This document shows positions 47,643 to 55,017 of a DNA stretch of 64,000 bases, in pieces. How positions within the stretch are numbered: the stretch's first letter is position 1; each line of letters begins with the position of its first letter. The notes below the pieces were generated by a model, which saw only the letters and a program-made list of their open reading frames with translations, was not told the origin of the DNA and did no database searches. The stretch covers positions 2,571,743-2,635,742 of the forward strand of contig CAXXGO010000006.1 in assembly GCA_963666835.2 (NCBI GenBank), in the 5' to 3' direction. Made by a program: the position numbers and the translations under genes. Origin of the DNA: Phycisphaerae bacterium. GTDB taxonomy: Bacteria; Planctomycetota; Phycisphaerae; UBA1845.

Positions 47643-48143
47643 AGCAGGTTCCTCCGATGTTAGATGAAAACGCTGTCGTGCCGATGACAGCAGAAATCTC
47701 CGTGGCAGATGCCAGAGGCATGTGAGTAGATGTCTTCCTGGCTTCGCGACATTGAATGTCCACACTCCGGCTGTTGATAGGATTACTGACAGACCGTAAC
47801 ACAAGAATATGCCCAGTGTTTACTTGCGCACAAGAGGGCTATTGAGGTGACGTCCACTGGGATGTCATCCATACAGATGACGTCCGGGCGGCCGTCACCT
47901 GGATAGGTGAATGGGCGACTCGTCAGTTATGGCAACGGGTGGCGTGGCAATCCGCGCGGATCTTGACGGGGTGACCGAGCAGGCATCGGGCCAGGGTAGG
48001 TGGGAACGCACAGACCCCGGATACCGTCAATAGCCTGTTTGGTCGGATTGTACGTCCGATATCGTTGTGCGTAGACCTAGCCGGTCGGTCTGGTCCGGAG
48101 AGACTTTGGACAAACTGCTGTTCACCCCGGAAAGACGTAAGAA

Positions 48144-48216
48144 TGGAGCCGAGCGGGCTCGAACCGCCGACCTCCTGGTTGCAAACCAGGCGCTCTCCCA
48201 GCTGAGCTACGGCCCC
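48144..48216 (-). tRNA. tRNA-Ala: tRNA-Ala (anticodon UGC)
   Basis: The minus strand reads GGGGCCGTAGCTCAGCTGGGAGAGCGCCTGGTTTGCAACCAGGAGGTCGGCGGTTCGAGCCCGCTCGGCTCCA. It folds as a cloverleaf with anticodon loop TTTGCAA, the G3:U70 Ala identity pair and a TTCGAGC T-loop. CCA is not encoded. Confidence 0.93.
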
Positions 48217-48247
48217 GTGTACGCACGACGAAGCTGCCGCAGCCGCG

Positions 48248-48269
48248 TAGCGCAGGCATTCTGCCTGCC
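48248..48269. repeat. solitary F1-type REP-like hairpin variant (GTAGCGCAGGCATTCTGCCTGCC)
   Basis: It matches 13699-13720 except that the loop-closing pair is flipped: GCAGGC-T TCC A-GCCTGC becomes GCAGGC-A TTC T-GCCTGC. GTAG lies directly 5' of it. Confidence 0.5.
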
Positions 48270-48483
48270 GCCGGCGACCTTGACGGCCCCGCGCGTGCCA
48301 GGGGAAGCTACCATATCGGCGGGGATAAGCAAGCGTCGGGACCCACCCCGACCGGCGAGACCATGAGCGATAACGTGCCCACGCCCGGCGGGGCGACCAT
48401 TGTATAACGGCGAACAGAGATTCCGCGGCGGTGGCGGTGACTCGGGGTCGCCATGCGGGTGCGGTTCTGCAATACTGGCGATC

Positions 48484-48996
48484 ATGGCCGAGCACGTAGT
48501 CATTGACGGGAACAACCTGCTGTACGCCATGCACGAGCACGCTCCGGTGCCCGCCGTCGGTCGGGAGACCCTGGTCAAGGTTATCGAACGTTGGGCGAGG
48601 CGGGGCGACGATCGGGTCACGCTGGTGTTCGACGGCGCCGCTCCGCGCGGTGGGCTCTCGAAGCAGATGTCCTCCTCCCGAATCACCGTTCGGTTCAGCG
48701 TGCCGGTAACGGCCGACGATGTTATTGTGGACCTCGTCCAGCGCGCCGAAGACGCTCCGAGCATTCGCGTGGTGACCAGCGACACGGCCATCAGCCACGA
48801 AGCGAGGCTGAGACGCAGTCGCCACACCGACAGCGTTGCGTTCGTTAAGGAGCTGTTCGCAGGTCCAGCCGACAACGGACCTCGTTTCAAACCGGCCTCC
48901 GAACCGGCGAAGGAGAAACCCGACGAGATGTCGCCCGAAGAGGTTCGCGAGTGGCTGGACCTGTTCGGGGCCGACGGTGCTGATCGCGCGGACTAG
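48484..48996 (+). CDS. NYN/PIN-like domain protein (YacP-like)
   Basis: ATG at 48484. MAEHVVIDGNNLLYAMHE...RETLVKVIERWARRGDDRVTLVFDG...VRFSVPVTADDVIVDLV...IRVVTSDTAI is the YacP/NYN pattern. Confidence 0.7.
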   Translation: MAEHVVIDGNNLLYAMHEHAPVPAVGRETLVKVIERWARRGDDRVTLVFDGAAPRGGLSKQMSSSRITVRFSVPVTADDVIVDLVQRAEDAPSIRVVTSDTAISHEARLRRSRHTDSVAFVKELFAGPADNGPRFKPASEPAKEKPDEMSPEEVREWLDLFGADGADRAD

Positions 48997-49468
48997 CCGG
49001 GTCACCAGCCGGTCGACGAATCCGCCCAATCTGACGGAGGGCTTACCCGACCGGCGCCCGCTTCTTTTCCAACAAGGTCGTTCTCGGTGTGTTTTACCCT
49101 AACTCGGCAATCGTCCGGGTTTTGAGCTTGGTTATCCGGTGGCCGTGCTCCGCCGGATTGCCGACAAATGGCAAGGCAATGGCCCCGAGGTGAAGTCGGC
49201 GGGCGGCTGTCATGTCTTCCGGCGGTATTAGACGATTCCGGCCAAGTCATCCTCGACCGATGTTGCGGTCTTGCACGTTACGCAGGCAGCTCTTCTTGCA
49301 TCGTGGCTGAGCCGGACCGGTTTCGGTAGATACCCGACCTCGGCTACGTGGCGGGGTATGCCCAAAGGGTCCTCGGCCGGCGTGAATCGGTTGATTCGAG
49401 TTTGCGTTGGGTTGAGCGGGCTGGTGAGAGATTGATCGATGGCAAAGACGTGGGTTACGGAGGGTCCG

Positions 49469-49744
49469 ATGAACCCCGGGCGGCGCCGGGCGAGGCGGAC
49501 TCAGTTGTTCAGCGAGGTGCTCTGGCACAACGAGAGTGAAAGCACCGCGCGACGCGGCATTCTCGTCGGGGTTTCCGATACCGGGTTAGCCCTGGTCACC
49601 GATCATCGAATCGTCCCACGGCCCGGTGCGCGGATCGTGCCCGAGAAGAAACGCGCCCACCGACGTTGGGGTGAGCCGGTTGTGGTAACTCGGATCGACC
49701 GGCTTTCGGATGAGTTGGATCTGGTGGCGGCGAAGTATGCGTAG
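49469..49744 (+). CDS. small PilZ-like domain protein (tentative)
   Basis: MNPGRRRARRTQLFSEVLW...RRGILVGVSDTGLALVT has an RRxxxR motif followed about 25 aa later by a [DN]xSxxG-like motif, as in PilZ. Confidence 0.35.
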   Translation: MNPGRRRARRTQLFSEVLWHNESESTARRGILVGVSDTGLALVTDHRIVPRPGARIVPEKKRAHRRWGEPVVVTRIDRLSDELDLVAAKYA

Positions 49745-49862
49745 CCGTTGAGGAACGGCACTGACTCGGATTCTCTTCTGGTTTGCGGTGATAATGGACG
49801 CCTTCGACGCGGTGCCCGGACCCTCGCGGTGCCGCAAGCCCGATGGAGGAAGCTGGGATCGT

Positions 49863-50174
49863 ATGATGCAGTTCCGACGAGTTAGGGGGCGAGGGAAAGC
49901 GGGCCGTCGCCGGTCGAAGCGTTGGAGGACGGACAAGCCGATTGAATGGCGGATCTACCGCGGGCGGCGGATTCGCGACGGTCGAGTTATAGAGCGATCT
50001 TTAGAGGGATTAGTCCTTGCCGCCGCGGGCGATGCCCCCGCCTCGCCCGGGATGCGTTTCTTCGTCAGCGGGCCGAGTCCGATCGAGCAGCACGGATTCA
50101 AATCAGCCGTAGTCCGCCGAACCGCAATCCGGGCCGACGGACGCCGTTTGATGTTCGCCGAGATCGAGGCGTGA
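49863..50174 (+). CDS. small PilZ-like domain protein (tentative)
   Basis: GRRRSKRWRTDKPIEWRIYRGRRIRDGRVIERSLEGLVLAA shows the same RRxxxR ... xxSxxG spacing. It is tandem to the previous gene. Confidence 0.35.
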   Translation: MMQFRRVRGRGKAGRRRSKRWRTDKPIEWRIYRGRRIRDGRVIERSLEGLVLAAAGDAPASPGMRFFVSGPSPIEQHGFKSAVVRRTAIRADGRRLMFAEIEA

Positions 50175-50225
50175 CCATCATTGCAGAACGCGCGGGTGCC
50201 CCATGTCCTTTCGTGTTTAGGATGT

Positions 50226-50360
50226 GTGGCCCATGTCCTCTTGTGTCTAGAGCGTGCTGCGATTCGTCGCAGATCGTGCAACGCCAAACACGTCGGACAT
50301 GGGGGAGCCGATGACGAGCACGCGACATTGCAGCAGATCTCGTTCGTCGACCTGCATTAC
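50226..50360. repeat. diverged copy of the F2 long unit
   Basis: GTGGCCCATGTCC...(56 nt)...GGACATGGGGGAGCCGATGAC...GATCTCGTTCGTCGACCTGCATTAC has the same architecture and the same 56-nt loop length as 16078-16217. The 9-bp stem is retained through a T:A to C:G double change. Confidence 0.6.
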
Positions 50361-50479
50361 ACGGTGGGAAGTGTCCACATGATGGCATGCTGCTTTGAAA
50401 GGCGATTGTGATTCGCCGGTCACCAGGGCGATTCGTCCCCCCTTGCTGGGGAGGTTAGGCACCTGCGGTCGAAAGGGCG

Positions 50480-50908
50480 TCAGAGTGTCAAGACCGTTAT
50501 CGCAGTGTGTCCGAGAATCAGGGCCCACAGGATCACCGTGAGACGCGCGCCAAACCGCTTCACTGATCGCTCGGCGCGTGCCTCAAGCGTACCTGCTGCT
50601 GCTGCCGCCAGAAGTAGCTGCAGCGGAAAGAGAAGAAACGGACCGGTCAGCCAGTTCACTTCTACACGATCGACGGTACCGCGAATCTCGTCAACAAAGA
50701 CGTACGCAATGAACCACGGGATCGTTGCCAAAAGGAGTATGCGGAAGAACCTCCGCAGAGGCCAACGCCGCCTGGCGTATACCGCTACCTCGCGCGAAGT
50801 AAACGCTTGTCCGCACTCCGGGCAGCGCGGTTCCACAAGTCCTCGTAAGTCGTAATCGCAGTTTGGGCAACGACCCTCAGTTTGCACGGCTGAGCAGACC
50901 TCTTTCAT
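50480..50908 (-). CDS. zinc-ribbon membrane protein (array gene 1)
   Basis: ATG at 50908: MKEVCSAVQTEGRCPNCDYDLRGLVEPRCPECGQAF, followed by 3 TM segments. Confidence 0.6.
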   Translation of the reverse strand: MKEVCSAVQTEGRCPNCDYDLRGLVEPRCPECGQAFTSREVAVYARRRWPLRRFFRILLLATIPWFIAYVFVDEIRGTVDRVEVNWLTGPFLLFPLQLLLAAAAAGTLEARAERSVKRFGARLTVILWALILGHTAITVLTL

Positions 50909-51152
50909 CAAGAAACCTCGATCTCCGTGGTCGTCGGCGCTTGTGTAGTTTACGCGTCAAGCATGGCCAGGCAACTGCGGACCATGCCACCAGTCAGGTT
51001 GCTCGTAAGATACGAAAGACCCCACCACATGATGCAATCATACTACCAGACAGTTCTGGACTCCACCATTCGCACGAGCGGAGCTCCATCCTTGCTACGA
51101 AGCACGTCGCACCAGTTCAACGGAGAAGTCTATCCTTGCCCGCGAGACTGTG
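50909..51152. repeat. degenerate copy of the array intergenic element
   Basis: It retains TTGTGTAGTTTACGCGTCAAGCA (compare TGTAGTTCTTTCG..GGTCAAGCA) and GCTCCATCCTTGCTACGAAG (compare CCCCACCCTTGCTACGCAA). It lacks the GC hairpin. Confidence 0.35.
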
Positions 51153-51707
51153 TCAACCGACTCGTAGCAGACAGGAGAGAACCAGGTAGGGCAGCAAGAC
51201 GCTGAGAGACGACACACAGAACAGCTTAATCAGGTAGGGACGCGTCGGCAATGACAGACGAACCAGAGAAACCGCGTACCAGGTCGACAGCGCAACGCAT
51301 GTCGCCGGTATGCTCAACACCGCAAGTAACGCCCACGTGTCCGGTGGATTTGCCGGAATGCCAATGCATGCGGTAGGAAAGACGAGCGGCCCCATCAGGG
51401 CAAACACGCCGATATCCGGATATAGAGCAAAACAGATCAACGTCGGTCCGCAAAAGGCGAGAGCGTTGAGGACGAGTTGCACGACAGTGACTCGCCAGCG
51501 GTGGTTTCGCCAGTAGGTCGCCCAGCGGGCCGCGGGCTCATTAGACTTCGCCACCGGCGTGCCACATTCCGGGCACAATCCGTATAGACCCAGCGTTCGG
51601 AGATTGTACCCGCATTCCATGCATTGCAGATCGCGAACAATGGTCCGCCGTTTCGGAGTCTCAGGCGCGACATCAGTATTGTCCTTATCCGGCAGCATCC
51701 TTCGCAT
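51153..51707 (-). CDS. zinc-ribbon membrane protein (array gene 2)
   Basis: ATG at 51707: ...RDLQCMECGYNLRTLGLYGLCPECGTPVAKSNE, followed by 4 TM segments. Confidence 0.6.
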   Translation of the reverse strand: MRRMLPDKDNTDVAPETPKRRTIVRDLQCMECGYNLRTLGLYGLCPECGTPVAKSNEPAARWATYWRNHRWRVTVVQLVLNALAFCGPTLICFALYPDIGVFALMGPLVFPTACIGIPANPPDTWALLAVLSIPATCVALSTWYAVSLVRLSLPTRPYLIKLFCVSSLSVLLPYLVLSCLLRVG

Positions 51708-51736
51708 TTCTCCAAGGCGGTCCGAAAGGCAAGCAC

Positions 51737-51888
51737 GGGCGCCCCATCTCTTCAGGGCAGCGGGTGCCCCATCCTTCGCCCCCGGCGAAGGGTGGGGAAT
51801 GGACCCGCGTTCTCTTCTGACAAGCTCCTGCAGCCGCCCAGTGTAGTTCTTTCGGACGGGTGGCCCATCTCTTTAGAGGTGGGGAACT
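51737..51888. repeat. array intergenic element, short copy (E2)
   Basis: A half copy GGGCGCCCCATCTC lies at 51737. The full hairpin CCCCATCCTTCGCC-CCCG-GCGAAGGGTGGGG is at 51767-51797. AGTGTAGTTCTTTCG is present, and the right end AGGTGGGGAACTCTC is at about 51877-51891. Confidence 0.7.
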
Positions 51889-51910
51889 CTCACGGTCGGT
51901 GGCAGTGCAT

Positions 51911-52324
51911 CTACGTCTTCTCTCGATTGCCCAACAGTACCGGATCGAACGGCGTGCCACACTCGGGGCATCGAGGGGTAGGAAGCCCGCAAAGCGAGTA
52001 GCCACAAACCAGACAGGTAGGGCTCTCGCTCTCCTCACGATGCGAGCTTGGCACGGTGCCAACGAGCACCGCGCACACCGCGAGACACAGCACAAGCGCG
52101 GGCACCGTGAAGCCCAGTGACTGCACCAGCAGGTCCTCCCAATTGGACGGAAACTCGTACGCGAGCTGCCCCACCCGACGTTCCCGGGTCCCGACCACGA
52201 TCGCGCCCGGCGCGCCGACCACAACTACTGATAACACGAGGAGCACCTTATGTCGAACCCGTCGAAGGAGGAAGCACAGATTCAACACGAGCAAGGCCGA
52301 GGCAATAGCGAAACACCAGATCAT
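51911..52324 (-). CDS. membrane protein with C-terminal zinc ribbon (array gene 3, permuted paralog)
   Basis: ATG at 52324; the longer track ORF up to 52657 reads through the hairpin and the intron. MIWCFAIASALLVLNLCFLL... has 3 TM segments and ends CLVCGYSLCGLPTPRCPECGTPFDP. Confidence 0.5.
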   Translation of the reverse strand: MIWCFAIASALLVLNLCFLLRRVRHKVLLVLSVVVVGAPGAIVVGTRERRVGQLAYEFPSNWEDLLVQSLGFTVPALVLCLAVCAVLVGTVPSSHREESESPTCLVCGYSLCGLPTPRCPECGTPFDPVLLGNREKT

Positions 52325-52349
52325 CGCGTTGACGTCCCCACTCCGGCAC

Positions 52350-52387
52350 GGGCGCCCCATCCTTCGCCCCCGGCGAAGGGTGGGGGG
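52350..52387. repeat. array intergenic element E3, left part (hairpin), separated from its right part by the intron
   Basis: GGGCGCCCCATCCTTCGCCCCCGGCGAAGGGTGGGG, with the hairpin at 52355-52385. It matches the left ends of E2, E4 and E6. Confidence 0.75.
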
Positions 52388-52750
52388 AAAGCGCCGGTAA
52401 GCCGGTGAGGAGTAGTGGATGAGAGAGCCATACGGTGAAGGAATAGCGAACCACACCGACCCCGAGTCATACTGTGGTGTCCGCAAGGGCATGGCGGGAG
52501 CGTTGACAGGGGCACGTGCGGGCCGGCCATTGAGCCGTGAAAGCCTTTTACTCCGGAGTGCCGACGCCGTCCCCCAAGGCGGAAGGCAACACCGGAGGGC
52601 GTCGTTAACGCGAGACGCCTTTCGGACTCCGCGCGGTCTTAGAACCCGAGCACGCACGGAAACTCCTCACGCGGAACCCGGGAGATCCCGCGTTCGGCCT
52701 CGAACATGGCATCGAGGTCCGCAGTGTGAATCCATAGGAGCACGACACTG

Positions 52751-54256
52751 ATGCACGGGCGCGGGAAGTCGGACAGGCCCATAGTACCGAAGAAGACTGC
52801 GAACAACGGTGATCCCCCGGCGGGGAGGTCGTCCGCGGAGCAGTTGGAGGAAAGGGGCCTGGCCAAGGGCAACTCGATTCGACACGACAGGCACCGTACG
52901 CAGAGCCGGGATCGTCTGCAAAGCGGGTTGGATCGGGTACGACAGGCAGCGGTAAAGGATAAGGATTTACAGTTCACCACGCTTTGGCACCATGTCTATG
53001 ATGTCGCTCGCCTCCGGGAGGCGTACTTGAGCCTCAAGCATGCTTCGGCACCGGGGATGGACGGCATGACATGGGAGGCGTACGGCAGGGACCTAGAAGA
53101 ACACCTCTTGGATCTGTCGGCACGTCTACAGCGCGGAGCGTACCGAGCGAGGCCGGTCAAGCGGGTCTACATTCCGAAACCCGATGGACGGCAGAGACCA
53201 ATAGGGATTCCCGTGTTGGAAGACAAGATCGTCCAACGGGCGATGACCGATGTGCTCTCGGCTGTCTACGAGGCAGACTTCCTCGGGTTCTCCTACGGAT
53301 TTCGACCAGGACGGGACGCCCATCAGGCGTTAAGTGCCCTGACTGTCGGCATCGAGAGGAAGAAGGTGAATTGGGTGCTGGATGCAGACATTCGTGGATT
53401 CTTCGATGCCATAGACCACGATTGGCTGATCAAGTTCGTCGAGCACCGGATCGCAGACCAGCGTGTCGTGCGTCACGTGAAGAAGTGGCTGAACGCCGGC
53501 GTGCTGGAGGACGGGTGTCGAAGGGACACGGAGACGGGGACGCCGCAGGGGGGCAGTATCAGCCCGCTATTGGCGAACATCTATCTCCATTACGCCTTCG
53601 ACTTGTGGGCCCGCCAATGGCGACGGACGCAAGCTCACGGAGATGTGATTATCGTGAGATATGCGGACGACTTCGTGGTGGGATTTCAACAGCGAGAGGA
53701 TGCCGAGCGGTTTCGGGATGAGCTGACGGATCGCCTCCGGAAGTTCAAGCTGGAGCTACATGCGGACAAGACTCGTCTGATTGAGTTCGGCCGTTTTGCG
53801 TCGACCAATCGCAAGCGAGAAGGCCGCGGCAAACCGGCGACCTTCGAGTTTCTGGGTTTTCGCCACATCTGTGGCAAGACCCGGCGTGGGAGGTTCACGG
53901 TACTACGGCAGACTGTCGCGAAACGACGGCGTGCGAAGCTCAAAGCGATTAAGCAAGAGCTTCGGCGACGTATGCATGCCCCCGTCCGAGAGGTGGGCGC
54001 GTATTTGCGGGCGGTGGTTCGCGGGTACTATCAGTATTATGCGGTACCGCGGAACTACCCGGCCTTAACGGCATTTCGGGATGAGGTTGTCCGTCTTTGG
54101 CGCTGGACGCTCCGGCGTCGTAGCGAGAAGACTCGGATTACCTGGGCCCGCATGAACCGTTTGGCCAAGCAGTGGATACCTGCTCCCAAAATCCTACATC
54201 CTTACCCCGACCGACACCTGGCCGTTATGACCCAAGGCAGGAGCCCAGTGCGGTAG
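52751..54256 (+). CDS. group II intron reverse transcriptase/maturase (no endonuclease domain)
   Basis: RVYIPKPDGRQRPIGIPVLEDKIVQRAMTDVLSAVYEADFLGFSYGFRPGRDAHQAL, GTPQGGSISPLLANIYL, VRYADDFVVGF, FEFLGFRH, and maturase X-domain-like YLRAVVRGYYQYYAVPRN. The N-terminus is of the KSDRPIVPKKTANN type. There is no HNH/CxxC tail. Confidence 0.95.
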   Translation: MHGRGKSDRPIVPKKTANNGDPPAGRSSAEQLEERGLAKGNSIRHDRHRTQSRDRLQSGLDRVRQAAVKDKDLQFTTLWHHVYDVARLREAYLSLKHASAPGMDGMTWEAYGRDLEEHLLDLSARLQRGAYRARPVKRVYIPKPDGRQRPIGIPVLEDKIVQRAMTDVLSAVYEADFLGFSYGFRPGRDAHQALSALTVGIERKKVNWVLDADIRGFFDAIDHDWLIKFVEHRIADQRVVRHVKKWLNAGVLEDGCRRDTETGTPQGGSISPLLANIYLHYAFDLWARQWRRTQAHGDVIIVRYADDFVVGFQQREDAERFRDELTDRLRKFKLELHADKTRLIEFGRFASTNRKREGRGKPATFEFLGFRHICGKTRRGRFTVLRQTVAKRRRAKLKAIKQELRRRMHAPVREVGAYLRAVVRGYYQYYAVPRNYPALTAFRDEVVRLWRWTLRRRSEKTRITWARMNRLAKQWIPAPKILHPYPDRHLAVMTQGRSPVR

Positions 54257-54313
54257 TCCCGCACGCTGGGATCTGTGGAGGGGGTCCCGGGTAACCGGGA
54301 TTCCTACTCCGAC
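54241..54313 (+). ncRNA. group II intron domains V and VI
   Basis: DV is at 54241-54273: GAGCCCAGU-GCGG-loop-CCGC-AC-GCUGGGAUC, with an AGC triad and a 2-nt AC bulge as in the ai5gamma DV. DV overlaps the ORF stop codon (54254-54256). DVI is at 54277-54310 with a GUAA tetraloop and a bulged A at 54306, 7-9 nt before the inferred 3' end (..CUCCGAC). Confidence 0.7.
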
Positions 54314-54488
54314 ACTGATCCGCATTCGTTTCTGACAACCTCCTGCAGCTACCGAGTGTAGTTATTCCGCCCCGGTTTGGTCAAGCAGGTCTCCGCACGC
54401 GCGATGAACCGGTGTAGATGGGGGCCTGATTCGCCGGTAAGCGAAGCGATCCGTCTCCCACGCTCGGTGCGCGAAGAAGTGAGGCACG
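54314..54488. repeat. array intergenic element E3, right part
   Basis: ..TGATCCGCATTCGTTTCTGACAACCTCCTGCAG..GAGTGTAGTTATTCCGCCCCGGTTTGGTCAAGCAGGTCTCCGCA..GGTGTAGATGGGGGCC..GCGATCCGTCTCCCACGC..GTGAGGCACGC aligns to E2, E4 and E6. It abuts the stop codon at 54489. Confidence 0.75.
54355..54384 (-). promoter_or_regulatory. putative sigma70-like promoter inside E3 (TTGACC-N18-TACACT, minus strand)
   Basis: The minus strand reads TTGACC (54384-54379), then 18 nt, then TACACT (54360-54355). The same arrangement is conserved in E4 and E6. Confidence 0.3.
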
Positions 54489-55013
54489 CTACCAAGACAA
54501 CCTGAAGACGAACGGGCGGAACGCCAACGATTCGAAGAATGACCACACGGCCAGAAGAAACACGATCCTGATCCGCCATCGCCAATCACTGCGCATTGAC
54601 TCATAGCTAGCGAAAGTCAGTATTGCCAATGCTACGCAGATGCCAAGGCAGAGATTGCCGAAGCTGGTTGCCCCCAATCCTGGGCGCACATCGAGCACGC
54701 TGAGGAACAGCCAAACGGGGGCGAGAAGCACATCACGTGCGTGAATACGAAAACCACTGAGACCCACGAGAAGCAGTAGGGCGGGCAGGTAGAACGCGGA
54801 GGCATTGATCGGCACAATGAACAGGAGGCTCCGCCATCGCGGAGAGGCTGCCTCCGGCTCAGACGTAGAGTCGACGACGTCCGTGCCGCATTCCGGACAA
54901 CGTCCCGTCAATCGAAGTGTGCGTAGATTGTACCCACAACCAACACACGAGACATCATCGTCAACGCATTCTCTTTTTCGTTCGCCCGTATCGCCCACCG
55001 CAGAAAACCCCAC
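54489..55013 (-). CDS. zinc-ribbon membrane protein (array gene 4)
   Basis: The start is GTG at 55013 or 54998; the track ORF up to 55172 reads through the repeat. ...DDDVSCVGCGYNLRTLRLTGRCPECGTDVVDSTSE is followed by 4 TM segments. Confidence 0.55.
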   Translation of the reverse strand: MGFSAVGDTGERKRECVDDDVSCVGCGYNLRTLRLTGRCPECGTDVVDSTSEPEAASPRWRSLLFIVPINASAFYLPALLLLVGLSGFRIHARDVLLAPVWLFLSVLDVRPGLGATSFGNLCLGICVALAILTFASYESMRSDWRWRIRIVFLLAVWSFFESLAFRPFVFRLSW

Positions 55014-55017
55014 CAGC

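Larger units (their letters stand above)
52388..54313 (+). mobile_element. group II intron (about 1.93 kb; boundaries +/- 3 nt at each end; possibly 5'-truncated)
   Basis: It contains the RT/maturase ORF and canonical domains V and VI at the 3' end. Boundaries are inferred by aligning the flanks to uninterrupted paralogous elements (51762.., 55018.., 56819..). No GUGYG occurs at the inferred 5' end; the nearest GTGAG is at 52405. Confidence 0.85.

Noticed and set aside
52419-52751. 110-aa ORF (MREPYGEGIANHTDPESYCGVRKG...) immediately upstream of the RT
   Set aside because: It lies within the intron's 5' RNA domains. Similar pseudo-ORFs are commonly seen upstream of this type of intron RT, which reflects conserved RNA sequence. 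It is probably not a protein.
52751-54256. Reverse transcriptase as part of a diversity-generating retroelement or retron
   Set aside because: The RT has group II intron motifs plus a maturase X-like region. It is followed by canonical intron domains V and VI. I saw no template/variable repeat pair and no msr/msd-like structure.
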